This document shows positions 1-11,041 of a DNA stretch of 64,000 bases, one piece after another. This DNA is from Sulfolobales archaeon (GTDB lineage Archaea; Thermoproteota; Thermoprotei_A; Sulfolobales; AG1). The number at the start of each line of letters is the position of its first letter. Position 1 is the first letter of the stretch. Below the pieces are notes generated by a model. The model did not search any database, had not been told where the DNA came from, and saw nothing but the letters and a program-made list of their open reading frames with translations. The stretch is taken from NCBI GenBank assembly GCA_038867615.1, contig JAWBYA010000005.1, positions 1 to 64,000 on the forward strand. The letters are read 5' to 3'. A program made the translations under genes and the position numbers.

Positions 1-126
1 CTGCACCGAGAAATATAGCGTTGCCATTGGAGATACACTAGCCACAACCACTACAATCAAAAGCATTGTAGAGGTAATATACCTGTATATATCTTTATAT
101 ACCCATCTACACGCCACCCTGCCCAC
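1..126 (-). CDS. 5' part of a putative secreted/membrane protein (runs off the window edge)
   Basis: Open frame from GTG at 126: VGRVACRWVYKDIYRYITSTMLLIVVVVASVSPMATLYFSVQ..., signal-peptide-like hydrophobic stretch; TATA-rich sequence at ~150-170. Confidence 0.4.
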   Translation of the reverse strand, partial: MGRVACRWVYKDIYRYITSTMLLIVVVVASVSPMATLYFSVQ

Positions 127-199
127 ACTCTTCGCGCTAAATTTGCATAAAGGTATATATAAATATATATGCTTCGTTAGAGACCATGACTCTCCTACA

Positions 200-396
200 G
201 ATTCAGGCTTCTCCATAGCGGTAAGTATCGTTTAATGCCGGTAATACCGGCTACCCGCTTCTTTGCTTCACAAGCCTCAGAGTCCTTTTCATAGGAGCCC
301 TTATCACTGATCTCCATGCATTAAGAGCGATCCCAACCTATTGTCTCCTTCGCTGTTGTGAAGAGGAAACCCTACTCATCCCGCCCGCTTGGGTCT
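200..396 (-). mobile_element. Degenerate copy of repeat family B (tnpB-3'-end-derived element)
   Basis: Minus-strand blocks GACCCAAGCGGGCGGG, GGGCTCCTATGAAAAGGACTCTGAGGC and ACCGCTATGGAGAAGCCTGAATC match, in order, blocks of 28442-28697; a decayed left end may extend to ~485. Confidence 0.55.
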
Positions 397-658
397 TTAT
401 GTAATATATGTTGTGGACAGGTATTTGCAAAGCATATCTAGATCTTATAAAGCTTACCTATAGAGTAACGAGGATCTGGCAGAAGAGCTAATCAATCGAT
501 ATAAACATCCCTGAAATCCTAGATTGTTGGTTGTGGTTGGAGCGTGATCCTGAGATCTAAGCTGGATCGCGGTATATAGATCCTCTATGGATCTGGTATA
601 TGTGTAAAGATATATCATGGAGTGGAGGATATATAAGCAGTGTTGGGTAATAATAAAT

Positions 659-704
659 GGCTCCGGCGGCGCCCCCGAATGTCGCGGTGCCCACAGGCCC
701 CCGC
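659..704 (+). ncRNA. Candidate small GC-rich structured RNA, family unknown
   Basis: 38/46 nt are G+C in an AT-rich spacer; TATA (ATATAAG, 631) ~28 nt upstream; T-tract at 708-717; GGCGCC/GGTGCC stem followed by ACA. Confidence 0.35.
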
Positions 705-715
705 TAGTTTTTATT

Positions 716-1465
716 TTACTGCTGGATTATGATGTAGATCAGGATTATGAGGGGTGCTGGGATCTCTGCGATTGCCTTGATATCCTCGGTATTGATCTTC
801 TTGGTAGCTATTCTTGTTATCATCGTTGCTATTATTAGTATTATAACTGGTGTGGGGTTTGTTGTGATTGCTGCATAGGCTATGGATGCTATGATTGTTA
901 GGAGCCTGGCCATGTATAGATATGTTTTTGAAAGGGTTTCTGGGCTTCTTACCAGGGGTTCTAGGATCTGTTCGAGATCTCTGCCCCCTCTGAGGATCAC
1001 TGCTATTAGCATTACCAGGGTTACCATGATTACTACTCCTAGCGGGAATGGATCTTGCGGTCTGAGTGTTATTGCTACGAGCCATGTGTATTGGGAGAGT
1101 GGGAGTGCTAGTAGGACTAGCGATAATGTTTTTAGGGATTCCATGGCTTTGTACCTCCAAAGCTCTCTAGGGGTTCTGAGGATGAGGTAGCTGATCGCTA
1201 GGCTTGCTATAAGCCCCACCATATATATGGGGATCGCTGATGCCATATCCATAGCTATAGAGAAGATCATAGCAGCTAGGTATCCGAGGGGTGAGATATC
1301 GAGCCCGACTAGTCTCGAGGCTAGGGCTATTGTTACTAGGAGTATGCTTGGGTATATAGATCCCTGGTGTATTGTATAGGCTATGGAGGCGATAGCTATA
1401 GATACCAACACTGCTTGACCACCGATCAGGAGCCCATAGATCCCTAGGGATCTATTTTGCAACAA
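716..1465 (-). CDS. Multi-pass membrane protein (MoxR cluster)
   Basis: 249 aa, almost entirely hydrophobic helices; overlaps the end of the DUF58 gene. Confidence 0.7.
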   Translation of the reverse strand: MLQNRSLGIYGLLIGGQAVLVSIAIASIAYTIHQGSIYPSILLVTIALASRLVGLDISPLGYLAAMIFSIAMDMASAIPIYMVGLIASLAISYLILRTPRELWRYKAMESLKTLSLVLLALPLSQYTWLVAITLRPQDPFPLGVVIMVTLVMLIAVILRGGRDLEQILEPLVRSPETLSKTYLYMARLLTIIASIAYAAITTNPTPVIILIIATMITRIATKKINTEDIKAIAEIPAPLIILIYIIIQQ

Positions 1466-2651
1466 GGATCCCCCACCCAGAATCCTCTATGATCGGTAGC
1501 GCTACACCCAGGATCTCCATATACTCCTTCGAATAATCCTCGGGCATATAGATCGCTATATAGACGTTTCTACCAAGCCTACTAACCTCCGGGATCATTA
1601 GCTCAGGATCTGCCTGGGCAAGCCCTATGGGCGTGGTTACCAGTATAGCCATATCCCTCCTAACAAGGTCGAGGTATTTAAGCGAGTTATAGAGGATCCA
1701 GCTTGACTCGCATCCTCTATATGGTTTTAGATTCAAGTACAAACTATAGATCTTCTCCCTATAGCTCCTAGAAATACCGCTAACTATCCTCGAAGCAGTC
1801 TCCTCACATATTATTGCATCAACAACACTATAGCTCTTAACAAGCCCCTCTATAACCCCTCTAGAGAGTCTCGCCACACCCTCGGCGAGTGTGTTGGGTG
1901 GTTTGCCTATATACCATAGCTCTCTCGGTATATCTATGATCACATAGGATCTAGACCTAACCTCCCCAAGATCCTCCCTCACCAGGAGCTCCCCCCTCTT
2001 AGCAAGGATCTTCCACAATATCTTCCTAGCATCATCGCCATACTGATAATCCCTCACGCTGTAGAGGTCGTAAAGACCTCCGAGGGAGAGCCCCTTGATC
2101 CAGATCCCTGGGTTTCTCGAAGCTATGGAGACGGTCTCCATAGATCCCAGGGGCTTTGGAAGAGCAACCACCATGCTTACTAGATCCACAGACCCTTCGT
2201 GGGTAAACAACCCGAGGGGGTCTTTAAGCCTGATAAATATTCTCTCAAACTCATACCTACCCGGAGAGGGGAGCTTAACCCTATATCTAAGCCTAGCAAT
2301 ATAGCCAGGCGGTAGTGAGACCCCTATCAATGGCTCCTCAATAGCCTTGGCAGGCTCGGGTACGAGATCCTCGATCTCGAGCCTTCCCACATTCTCTCGA
2401 GACCTGTTGATAACCTCAACACTGACCAGGATCTCGTCGCCCTCCTCAACATATCTCCTATCAACCTCCCTCCTGATCTCTATACTTCTGATAAGCCTAG
2501 AGAGTCTCGAGAGGTCTCTATAGCTCTTTAAAAAGATCATCAATATCATCATGGATAACGCTAGTAGGAGTAGCGAGCGGGCGTGGAAGGAGTATATGAG
2601 GATAGCTATAGAAGATATAGCTAGAATAACACCCGCCAGAGTGATCCTCAA
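1452..2651 (-). CDS. DUF58 family protein (MoxR-associated)
   Basis: N-terminal TM helices; motifs DPLGLF and [16 protein letters not shown]; adjacent to moxR. Confidence 0.85.
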   Translation of the reverse strand: MRITLAGVILAISSIAILIYSFHARSLLLLALSMMILMIFLKSYRDLSRLSRLIRSIEIRREVDRRYVEEGDEILVSVEVINRSRENVGRLEIEDLVPEPAKAIEEPLIGVSLPPGYIARLRYRVKLPSPGRYEFERIFIRLKDPLGLFTHEGSVDLVSMVVALPKPLGSMETVSIASRNPGIWIKGLSLGGLYDLYSVRDYQYGDDARKILWKILAKRGELLVREDLGEVRSRSYVIIDIPRELWYIGKPPNTLAEGVARLSRGVIEGLVKSYSVVDAIICEETASRIVSGISRSYREKIYSLYLNLKPYRGCESSWILYNSLKYLDLVRRDMAILVTTPIGLAQADPELMIPEVSRLGRNVYIAIYMPEDYSKEYMEILGVALPIIEDSGWGILVAK

Positions 2652-3601
2652 GGAATATCTACCCTTGATAGGGCTTCCTCAACAACACTCCTAACAGAGA
2701 TCCTGCTCAGCCTCGCCTCATCCCTCAAAACAATCCTATGGGATACCGCTGGGTAGAGAACCTGCTTAACATCATCAGGCGTCACATACCCCCTACCCCG
2801 TATGAGGGCTAGGGCTCTTGAGAGCATATAGACAGCTATGGCTCCTCTCGGTGAGGGGCCTAGCCTGACATACCTATTATTCCTCATAGCCTGGATCAAG
2901 AGCGATATGTATTTAAGAATATTGTCATCAACCCTAACACTCCTAACAGTCTTGATCGCTGAGAGGATCTCCTCTCTAGAGGCCACGGGCTTGAGGGGCA
3001 TGGACTGGATCATATCGTATCTCCTCAGAATCTCGACGGTCTCCTCAACACCTGGGTAGTTGATCTCTATCTTTGCTAGAAACCTATCGATCTGGGCCTC
3101 AGAGAGGGGGAATGTGCCTTCAACCTCAACAGGGTTCATGGTGGCTATGACGAGGAATGGTTCTGGAAGCCTATAGGTGATCCCCTCAACTGTTACCTGG
3201 AGCTCTTGCATAGCCTCTAACAACGCACTCTGGGTTTTTGGTGGGAGCCTGTTTATCTCATCCACGAAGAGTATGTTTGTAAATATAGGTCCTTTTCTAA
3301 ATATAAAGCTAGATGATCTCTGGTCATATATATTGACACCAATTATATCGCTTGGAAGAATATCAGGGGTACCCTGGATCCTCTTGAACTCAAGACCCAT
3401 GGAGGAAGCTATAGATCTTGCTATGAGGGTCTTAGCAACACCAGGAACACCCTCTATGAGAACATGTCCTCCGGAGAGCATTGACGCTAATATTAGCTCG
3501 ATCTCGCCCCTATTCCCCACTATCACCTTAGACACGCTGTCAACAACCCTTGAGAGAATCTCCCTAAATACTGCTAGACCCTCTCCCTTAGCCTCCTCCA
3601 T
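2648..3601 (-). CDS. moxR: MoxR family AAA+ ATPase
   Basis: [59 protein letters not shown]. Confidence 0.95.
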   Translation of the reverse strand: MEEAKGEGLAVFREILSRVVDSVSKVIVGNRGEIELILASMLSGGHVLIEGVPGVAKTLIARSIASSMGLEFKRIQGTPDILPSDIIGVNIYDQRSSSFIFRKGPIFTNILFVDEINRLPPKTQSALLEAMQELQVTVEGITYRLPEPFLVIATMNPVEVEGTFPLSEAQIDRFLAKIEINYPGVEETVEILRRYDMIQSMPLKPVASREEILSAIKTVRSVRVDDNILKYISLLIQAMRNNRYVRLGPSPRGAIAVYMLSRALALIRGRGYVTPDDVKQVLYPAVSHRIVLRDEARLSRISVRSVVEEALSRVDIP

Positions 3602-4548
3602 CTCTCAACACCCTTCACCACGATCCCGGCTACATCTATATTAATAGACACCCTGCTTGTTTTCCCAGAAACCCCGGATCTCCCGGGGATCCCGCTAACC
3701 TGCATTGTGGTAATCATGATCACCGTGAACAGGATCGATGTGAGTAGGAGGGCAAGGATCCCGGGGACTCCTGAGGATAAGATCTGGTCTGAGATATAGC
3801 TGAAAAGCAGTGGAATAAGCATGAGGGCTGATAATATATATGAGGTTCTCAGTACAATCATACTCCTACCACCCTCGTAGAAAAGCACCCCCTTACCCCC
3901 AAGCAGCCCTAGGAAGAAGTTTAGATTATTTCTACCAAACCTAGACCCTAGGATGTTGTTTATAGCTATGCTTGAATCCGAGATAAAGATCAACTCGCCC
4001 CCATGGATCTTTATCTCCACAGCTGTGGGGATATCGTTGATCGTGCATAGAACCTCTACATCGCTACCAGGCCTTACACGGATCCACGAGTATATATTGT
4101 AGAGAACATAGAGCTCCCTACCATCAACATAGCATCTAGAGGCATCCGTACCCCTCACCATACTGGTTAGAGAAGCGTTGAAGATCCCGAGTAGGGGTGA
4201 GAGTGTCCCCACCTCGTCGAGGGCTATAACCCTCCCGCCTCTTGAGACCCATCCGAGCAGTATGAGAAGATCTCTTTGTGATAGCTCCTCGTCAGGGCTA
4301 GCTATGACAAGGATCCACGATCCAGGGCTATAGCTCTCCAAAGCCCTCAGATCATCTATGCTACTAACACTATAACCAAGACTCCTGAGGATCGAGTATA
4401 CCTCTGAATAGCCCCCGCTGCCTCTGTTAAATATAGATGGGGGATCGTATGCCTGTATAGTGGGTATAGCTATATCCCACACACCCAGGATCAATATTAT
4501 GATCATTGCTATAGATGCTAGAACAAGCCTAGCCATTATCTCCACCAA
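3574..4548 (-). CDS. DUF4350-like membrane-anchored protein
   Basis: Signal helix, [27 protein letters not shown]-terminal TM pair; typical MoxR-operon partner. Confidence 0.7.
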   Translation of the reverse strand: MVEIMARLVLASIAMIIILILGVWDIAIPTIQAYDPPSIFNRGSGGYSEVYSILRSLGYSVSSIDDLRALESYSPGSWILVIASPDEELSQRDLLILLGWVSRGGRVIALDEVGTLSPLLGIFNASLTSMVRGTDASRCYVDGRELYVLYNIYSWIRVRPGSDVEVLCTINDIPTAVEIKIHGGELIFISDSSIAINNILGSRFGRNNLNFFLGLLGGKGVLFYEGGRSMIVLRTSYILSALMLIPLLFSYISDQILSSGVPGILALLLTSILFTVIMITTMQVSGIPGRSGVSGKTSRVSINIDVAGIVVKGVERWRRLRERV

Positions 4549-5065
4549 TGGTCTCTCTAAGCCTCTTCAAAGCAAGCTCTATATCGCCACGCCTAACCCC
4601 TCCATAGACTATATCCTCATAGATGTCTGCGAAGAATCCTGGTGCATGCCCACTGAGAACAAGCTCTCTTGGTGTGCACCTCCCGCATCCAGAGGATCTC
4701 CTAAGGCTCAGATAGATCTTTCTTAACGTGAGCTTGATTCCGTGGTAGCTATAACCACCATATAGATCAACACGCTCCTCATCGCTTGGAAACTCTCTAG
4801 AGATCTCGGCCATATTGCTAGGGATCCTTGGGATAGCGGTGATCATTAGTATATATGCCACCGAGATCACGGCTATGAGTAGAAGGATCGCTAGGGAGAC
4901 GATCGTTGAGAGATCCTGGTAAAAACTCCCAACAGCACCGCCTACAAGGCTGGTCTCGCTAGCATTACCCTCCCGAGACCGAATACTGGTGTTTAGAAAG
5001 ATACTCGGTATCTGGTAATCCTGTATGGGTAAATACCTCTGGGGTATGGTTAGGTTAGCAGACAT
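4529..5065 (-). CDS. Membrane protein, DUF4129-like C-terminus
   Basis: One TM helix then TPREL...YEDIVYGG; first gene of the MoxR operon. Confidence 0.6.
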   Translation of the reverse strand: MSANLTIPQRYLPIQDYQIPSIFLNTSIRSREGNASETSLVGGAVGSFYQDLSTIVSLAILLLIAVISVAYILMITAIPRIPSNMAEISREFPSDEERVDLYGGYSYHGIKLTLRKIYLSLRRSSGCGRCTPRELVLSGHAPGFFADIYEDIVYGGVRRGDIELALKRLRETIGGDNG

Positions 5066-5134
5066 AGACCCCTCCCGCTGTGTTAATACCCACTATATAT
5101 TCTCTACACAGTTATTATCACCCTATGGGATATG

Positions 5135-5938
5135 CTAATACTTCCTCACCCTCCTCTTTTTCTGGGGAGGTCTGCTGCGGGGTTGGAGTAGATATATCAT
5201 GGCTATTATTATCGCTATGGGTATTGCTATGAATATATATGGATTATCCCAAGGATAAATGGCTAATAACCCGTCCGTGACTCTTGCGTACACAAGCCAC
5301 GATCTTCTGTAGAACGATAATTCGTAGCCTACGAGATCTGTTCTCTGGATCCTATATATACATGTATCCCCACCACAGACCCCGAGATCTATTGTCTCCT
5401 CCGACCTATTATCATACCTCAGTAGAAGCTTAGCCCCCATACCCTCCCCCTGCGAGATCTTTATCGATAGGTCTGTGAGTAGGGCTACCGATAGGAGTGC
5501 TGTGTACATGCCTGTCTGCACCACAAGATCCGTTGATCTATATATAACACCCACCAATAGATCTCTTCCTAAATGATCATCATACACATATATATTCCAA
5601 GGCCCCTGCCCACTCACATTCACCACCACATAGCCCCCTGCCGGCCTGACCTCCCTCCCTGGGCTGAAGGGTATGTTATCTATGCTCACCCTCGCCTCTC
5701 CCACCAAGAGCTTCATTGATACTGTTGAGCTGTTAACCCCTGGATAGGCTATGTTATATGCTATCCTCTCCACACTTATGTTCAAACCTCTATAGAGATC
5801 TACTCTGTAGTTGGGCTTCTCAACATATGCTATGGGTATCTTTATATTTGCTAGATAGATCGCTAGCGATGCTATTAAAAATATAAAAAGCACTAAACCA
5901 TATTGCCTAGACTTGTTTTTCCTCGGCCTCCCCCTCAT
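5135..5938 (-). CDS. Hypothetical membrane-anchored protein
   Basis: 267 aa, N- and C-terminal TM helices with basic tails. Confidence 0.7.
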   Translation of the reverse strand: MRGRPRKNKSRQYGLVLFIFLIASLAIYLANIKIPIAYVEKPNYRVDLYRGLNISVERIAYNIAYPGVNSSTVSMKLLVGEARVSIDNIPFSPGREVRPAGGYVVVNVSGQGPWNIYVYDDHLGRDLLVGVIYRSTDLVVQTGMYTALLSVALLTDLSIKISQGEGMGAKLLLRYDNRSEETIDLGVCGGDTCIYRIQRTDLVGYELSFYRRSWLVYARVTDGLLAIYPWDNPYIFIAIPIAIIIAMIYLLQPRSRPPQKKRRVRKY

Positions 5939-5951
5939 CTTGGCCTCTCTT

Positions 5952-7490
5952 CTACGTCCTCCTCCTCAGCCTTGGGTTAACTATCTCATCCAGAGCCTTT
6001 CCTATGAGTGCGAAGCCTAGTGCTAGTGTTGTGACACCAATTATCGGTGGCATGATCCACCACCAAGCACCGCTGGTTATAGCCCCACCATAGTATGCCT
6101 CGTTAAGCATCTTACCCCATGATGGGAAACCAGGATCTCCGAAGCCTAGCAGCTGTATAGCCACCTCTACGAATATGGCTGAGGGGACGTCTAGGACTAC
6201 TAGGTAGACTAGCAGGGGTGTCAGGTGGGGTATTATGTGCTTTGTAATGATCCTCCTTGTGCTCGCACCAAGAGCTTGTGCAGCCTCCACATACTGTTCG
6301 TTCCTAAGAGCGAGAGTCCATGATCTGGTCAGCCTAGCCGTCCCAGGCCATGATAGGAGCACCACTATCGCGAAGATTGCGTAGATGTTTCTTCCAAAAA
6401 TTATCCCCACCGCTAGTATGAGTGGCAATGCTGGGAGGAAGTAGACAACATCTGTTAGGAAGGTGAGCAGTGTATCTATCCTCCTCCCACCATGATACCC
6501 AGCTATAACCCCTAATAGGAGGCCTATAGCTACTATTGCTGCCGCCACGCCGAAGCCGAACATGATCGCGGATCTAGATCCATAGATAAACTGGCTCGTC
6601 ACATCCGCCCCTAGATAGTTTGTACCCAAGAGACCGAAGGCAAGGCCATAGATCTTCATATATATCGGCTCGATAACTATCCTCAAACCCTGGGAGTCGC
6701 ATCTCATTATAAAGTCCCTGGGGTTGCAGTAGTAGGAGGCATTTATCTTAATACCGACTCTGGTATTCTCCTCAAGCAATAGCTCGCTCACGGGGTTAAC
6801 GAACTCCGGCAATCTATAATCTTGCCTGGGGTTGTATGTGTAGTAGGGAAGCCTTATAGACTGATTAGCAATGTTCTTTATATCCTTAGAATATGGTGTG
6901 AACGCAGCTACCCTGAAACCCACTTCGTCGTAAAACGCATAATAGCCCATAGGTACATTAATCGTCACATCTCCCTGCTTAATCGTCTTATTCCTTCCAA
7001 TCAGATCTGGGTTTACTACAAACATCTGCAAATTATACCAGGCTGTCTTGTTATCAACAGTCGATACACGGATCGAGTATGTTATTAGCATCGATTTAGC
7101 AGGTTTATATGGGTATGGATATAGATCTGTGCTCTCTATACTCACATTAGAAGCACCAGTACCGCTGAAGAGTATTACGAGCCTCCCACCATCGTTCATA
7201 ACATTTACCCTCACATCGCCCTCCTTACTCTCACTAACCACTCTCCATGATGAGAAGTAGAGCTCCATGTTTCTCGGAAGCTTGGGATCAACTATCTGTG
7301 CATACCACTCGGGGAGAGCAACGTTATCAGCAATACCCACAGCAGCCACTGGATCGTATTTTGTCACCATAGGCCCTATAACGCCGAGCACGACGTAGAA
7401 GAGAACTATTGCTAATCCAGCAACCCCTGTCTTATAGCGGAGGATTGTGGTGAAGATCTCGCTAACAGCTCTAGGAGCCCTAGCAGCCAC
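5952..7490 (-). CDS. dppC: Oligopeptide ABC transporter permease, DppC/OppC type, with a large extracellular insert
   Basis: LLGTNYLGADV, EAA loop YVEAAQALGAS, LGFGDP..PSWG, ALDEIVNPRLR. Confidence 0.9.
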   Translation of the reverse strand: MAARAPRAVSEIFTTILRYKTGVAGLAIVLFYVVLGVIGPMVTKYDPVAAVGIADNVALPEWYAQIVDPKLPRNMELYFSSWRVVSESKEGDVRVNVMNDGGRLVILFSGTGASNVSIESTDLYPYPYKPAKSMLITYSIRVSTVDNKTAWYNLQMFVVNPDLIGRNKTIKQGDVTINVPMGYYAFYDEVGFRVAAFTPYSKDIKNIANQSIRLPYYTYNPRQDYRLPEFVNPVSELLLEENTRVGIKINASYYCNPRDFIMRCDSQGLRIVIEPIYMKIYGLAFGLLGTNYLGADVTSQFIYGSRSAIMFGFGVAAAIVAIGLLLGVIAGYHGGRRIDTLLTFLTDVVYFLPALPLILAVGIIFGRNIYAIFAIVVLLSWPGTARLTRSWTLALRNEQYVEAAQALGASTRRIITKHIIPHLTPLLVYLVVLDVPSAIFVEVAIQLLGFGDPGFPSWGKMLNEAYYGGAITSGAWWWIMPPIIGVTTLALGFALIGKALDEIVNPRLRRRT

Positions 7491-7495
7491 TCACA

Positions 7496-8557
7496 TCACC
7501 TCCTCTCACCAATCCTTACCCTGGGGTCTAGGATCGCTATTAGCAGATCAGCTATGAAGAGGGATACAACGAGGAGCATAGAGCCTATAACCAGGAAGGC
7601 TGTGATCACTGTATAGTCGAAGTTCAGGAAAGCCTGGTAGGAGTAGTAAGCAACACCGGGCCATGATGCCAGGATTTCGAGGATTATCGAGCCGCCAAAG
7701 ATCCCTGGTATGGTGTATGCGAGCCTAGTTATGATCGGGGGTTTGAGGTTCGGTGTGATCTCCTTTCTAAGAACAAGGTTCTCCGGGATCCCCTTAGCCC
7801 TCGCTGTATAGACATAATCCCTATCCAGCTCCGATACTATGAGCTGTCTGAAGAAATAGGACCAGGATCCGAAGAGCGCTAGCACGAATGACAGGTATAA
7901 GGGTGATAGATACCATAACCAGTACTTAAAACTCTCCCAGCTGGGCTCTAAGAGCGATGGCGTTCTAACCGGGAGCGGAAATATAGTTACTCCCCAGGCG
8001 GCTTTGGGCATATATGCCAGGAAGTAATACACGAGAATAGCTATCAACCATGATGGGAGTATAAAGGATATTATGCTAGCTATCGTTAGAAACGTGTCCA
8101 TAAACCTCCCCCTATATTTAGCAGAGAGAATCCCTAGATAGTATCCAACAAATATCGGTACTATGACTGCGAAAACATATAGAGCGAGCGTATATGGCAA
8201 CCTGATGAGTATCTCCTGAGCAACAGGCCTCATAGAATACATAGATATACCGAAATCGAATGTGAACACGTTCTTGAGGTATATTAAGAACTGGTGGGGA
8301 AGAACAGGGAGATGCAGCCCAAACGTCTTAGCAGTTTGCTCGATCCAGCCACCGAATCTCGGATCCTCCTGACTCCTCCTAAGAGCCGCTAACACAGGAT
8401 CCTGAAGCTGGTTAGGCTCAAACGGGTTCCCACCAAAGAGCACTATCGGAACCACTCTGAGAAGTATAAAGAACAGTGCCACCGATACAATAAAAACAGC
8501 GAGCATCGAGAGACCCCTAGAAACCACATATGTGGCTAGACCCACAGTGCTCCCCAT
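7496..8557 (-). CDS. dppB: Oligopeptide ABC transporter permease, DppB/OppB type
   Basis: FDFGIS...RPV, DYVYTARAKG, ADLLIAILDPRVR. Confidence 0.9.
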   Translation of the reverse strand: MGSTVGLATYVVSRGLSMLAVFIVSVALFFILLRVVPIVLFGGNPFEPNQLQDPVLAALRRSQEDPRFGGWIEQTAKTFGLHLPVLPHQFLIYLKNVFTFDFGISMYSMRPVAQEILIRLPYTLALYVFAVIVPIFVGYYLGILSAKYRGRFMDTFLTIASIISFILPSWLIAILVYYFLAYMPKAAWGVTIFPLPVRTPSLLEPSWESFKYWLWYLSPLYLSFVLALFGSWSYFFRQLIVSELDRDYVYTARAKGIPENLVLRKEITPNLKPPIITRLAYTIPGIFGGSIILEILASWPGVAYYSYQAFLNFDYTVITAFLVIGSMLLVVSLFIADLLIAILDPRVRIGERR

Positions 8558-8634
8558 AATTAATGCGATAACAGATATAAAAGCAATTTTAAGATGCTAT
8601 GGTGAGAGAGAGTATAAAAAATATTTATCCTCTA

Positions 8635-10944
8635 TTATCTTCTAAGAAGTGTTGCTACAGCAGCCACCACTAGCCCTAGTACTGCGAGCGCTATTGCAGC
8701 ATAGCTATAGCTAAGCTCTGGCTCCTTAACAGGTGCAGGGGTCTGGACTTCGAACTTGGGCGGTGTTGCAGCTGCTGTCGGCGATCCTGGTGGCGGTGGT
8801 GTCGATATAGCTATTGTTACGCCCCCAACTGTAACCTCGATAGGCTTAACCTCTGGTGCTGGTGCTGGTCCAGGAACACCTACAGGTGCTGCAGCTACTA
8901 CCCTCACCTCCTGCTTAACAACACCAACGGCTTTCCACATCATTACGGGCATTGATGCCTCGACGGTAAAGGTATAGCTACCCTCTCTCAGTGCTGGTAC
9001 TGTAGCCTCATAGACACCACCTCCGAGGCTCCTGAGCGGTATTTCGAGGCTCACAGGACCTGTGAGCCTGGCGACAACTGTTATTGCTGGTGATGGCTGG
9101 CCAAGAGGATCTAGAGCCCTTACCCTGAGGGTTAGAGGCTGCCCAGCCTGGATCTGTGTTGGTAGGGCCTCAATACTAACTCTAGGCATCCTCTCAGGAG
9201 CCTTATAGACATACTCAGGATACCATACAAGCTCCGCATAAGCAAGCTCCCTCTTTATAAGCGCGAATGGACCGCTACCAATCATCGCGGTCAGTCCAGG
9301 TACTGATGGATGGGGTAGGAGGCTTACATCGTCAAGCGGGTTCTGGAGCCTACCATATATATGCATTGGCAAGGGCCTATACTCTGTGAAGGTGTAGAGA
9401 TCTGGCCAGCCATATTTAGTTAGATAGAACTCTATGGTCTTATCATCAACAACGTTTATCCTTGCCAGAGCATCTATGTATGGACCATAGTCCCTTCTCG
9501 TCTTTAGCTCCATACCGAACTTCTTTATAGTAAACTCTATATCTCTAGCTGTGATCGGTACGCCATCGTGCCACGTTATCCCATCCCTGAGCTTTATGGT
9601 TATCTTTGTGAGAGTCTGTCCTCCTTCTGTTACCTTCTCAACATTATAGCTTTCAAAGAGTACAGGGATCCTTGGCTCAGCATATATGTCCTCAGGTCTT
9701 ACAACATAACCATAGGTGTATACTCTGAATATGGCGTCAGCCTCGGTGGCCCATAGATATATTGTTGGGTTCAGTGTTGTTATATCTACTGTGAAGTAAT
9801 ACCTAAGCGTCCCACCGAATGGCTTGTCCTTAAATTTCACGGTGTTCCACCAGAAGTAGCTGAACCCAACAGGATCTTTGAGAGGTGGTGCGTAGGCTAG
9901 GAGAATAGAGTCCTTATCGATCGCGCCGTTAAACGCCGTTATGCTAATGCCTGTATACACGGGGATCCATGGTATTATGTCCGTGAGTATCTCCTGAGCC
10001 TTCCACGCGTACTGAAGAGCCTCATCTATGGTCTCAGCATAGTAGAACTTGTCTAGTATTTCGTCTAGAGTAGCGTTACTAACCTTCCACTCGTTCCAAC
10101 CGCCAGGCCTTATCTCTCTGCTGTGCCAGAAGTAGTACATATAGAGTGGGAATCTCCCAAAGCTCCACCCTATAATCCATGCCTGGGCTGTTCCTGCTGA
10201 GGTTCTCGCATCAAGCTCTCTGCTGCTCACAGGGGTAACCTTAACCCTTATTCCTACGCTCTCCAACTGTGATTTCCAATACATGGCCTCCCACCAGTAT
10301 GTTGGCGACGTTGCCTCTGGTAGTGATAGGATCTCTATCTCTACAGGCTTCATACCCTCTCTCGGATCGCAGAAGAACCTTGGATTATCGGAGCATGGCT
10401 GGAATATGCTTGCCAAGAGCTGTCTAGCCCTATCGGGGTTGTATGGGTAGAGCTTCTCGAAATCCGTGTCGGGGTTAACCCACTTACCATATGTTGGGGG
10501 CACTATGAAGCTGTTCTTGATAGCTATACCCTGTAGAGGTGATTTAGATATTATCTCATCCCTGTTGGTGAGCATGGCTATTGCTTTCCTAACCTCTGGG
10601 TATTTGACTGGCCATAGTTCTACGTTGAAGTGGAGAGATCCTAGAGCTGTTATTGATGCTGTGAATATTATGTGGGCGTCAGGCCTGTTGGTTCTCACCC
10701 TCTCAAGATCTCTTGGGAGTACTCCAAGTATGTCGAACTCGTTGGCCTCGAATGCTAGTAGTCTGACGCTATAGTCCCTCTGCACCGGCATCGTGATCTT
10801 ATCTACATACGGCCCTATCCTGGGGTCTTTCTGTGCTGCTTGCGCGCTTACGTGTGCTACGAGGGGCCCTGCTAGGCTTAGTAGGAGTCCTGTTATTAAT
10901 AGGAACATTGTTGTTTTCAAAAGAACCTCTTTTCTTACCACCAT
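8635..10944 (-). CDS. Family 5 peptide-binding protein (archaeal, permuted domain order) with Ig-like domain, Pro/Thr linker and C-terminal anchor
   Basis: EVRKAIAMLTNR, GGTLRYY..TTLNP, LRDGITWHDGVPITARDIEFT, IGSGPF; signal peptide and C-terminal TM. Confidence 0.9.
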   Translation of the reverse strand: MVVRKEVLLKTTMFLLITGLLLSLAGPLVAHVSAQAAQKDPRIGPYVDKITMPVQRDYSVRLLAFEANEFDILGVLPRDLERVRTNRPDAHIIFTASITALGSLHFNVELWPVKYPEVRKAIAMLTNRDEIISKSPLQGIAIKNSFIVPPTYGKWVNPDTDFEKLYPYNPDRARQLLASIFQPCSDNPRFFCDPREGMKPVEIEILSLPEATSPTYWWEAMYWKSQLESVGIRVKVTPVSSRELDARTSAGTAQAWIIGWSFGRFPLYMYYFWHSREIRPGGWNEWKVSNATLDEILDKFYYAETIDEALQYAWKAQEILTDIIPWIPVYTGISITAFNGAIDKDSILLAYAPPLKDPVGFSYFWWNTVKFKDKPFGGTLRYYFTVDITTLNPTIYLWATEADAIFRVYTYGYVVRPEDIYAEPRIPVLFESYNVEKVTEGGQTLTKITIKLRDGITWHDGVPITARDIEFTIKKFGMELKTRRDYGPYIDALARINVVDDKTIEFYLTKYGWPDLYTFTEYRPLPMHIYGRLQNPLDDVSLLPHPSVPGLTAMIGSGPFALIKRELAYAELVWYPEYVYKAPERMPRVSIEALPTQIQAGQPLTLRVRALDPLGQPSPAITVVARLTGPVSLEIPLRSLGGGVYEATVPALREGSYTFTVEASMPVMMWKAVGVVKQEVRVVAAAPVGVPGPAPAPEVKPIEVTVGGVTIAISTPPPPGSPTAAATPPKFEVQTPAPVKEPELSYSYAAIALAVLGLVVAAVATLLRR

Positions 10945-11041
10945 ATCTACCTCGATAACTAATATCTATCCAAGCTAATAAGCTAATCTATATAAATAGA
11001 TAGTAACTTAATATAAAAAATTTGATAGATTTACTTTATAG

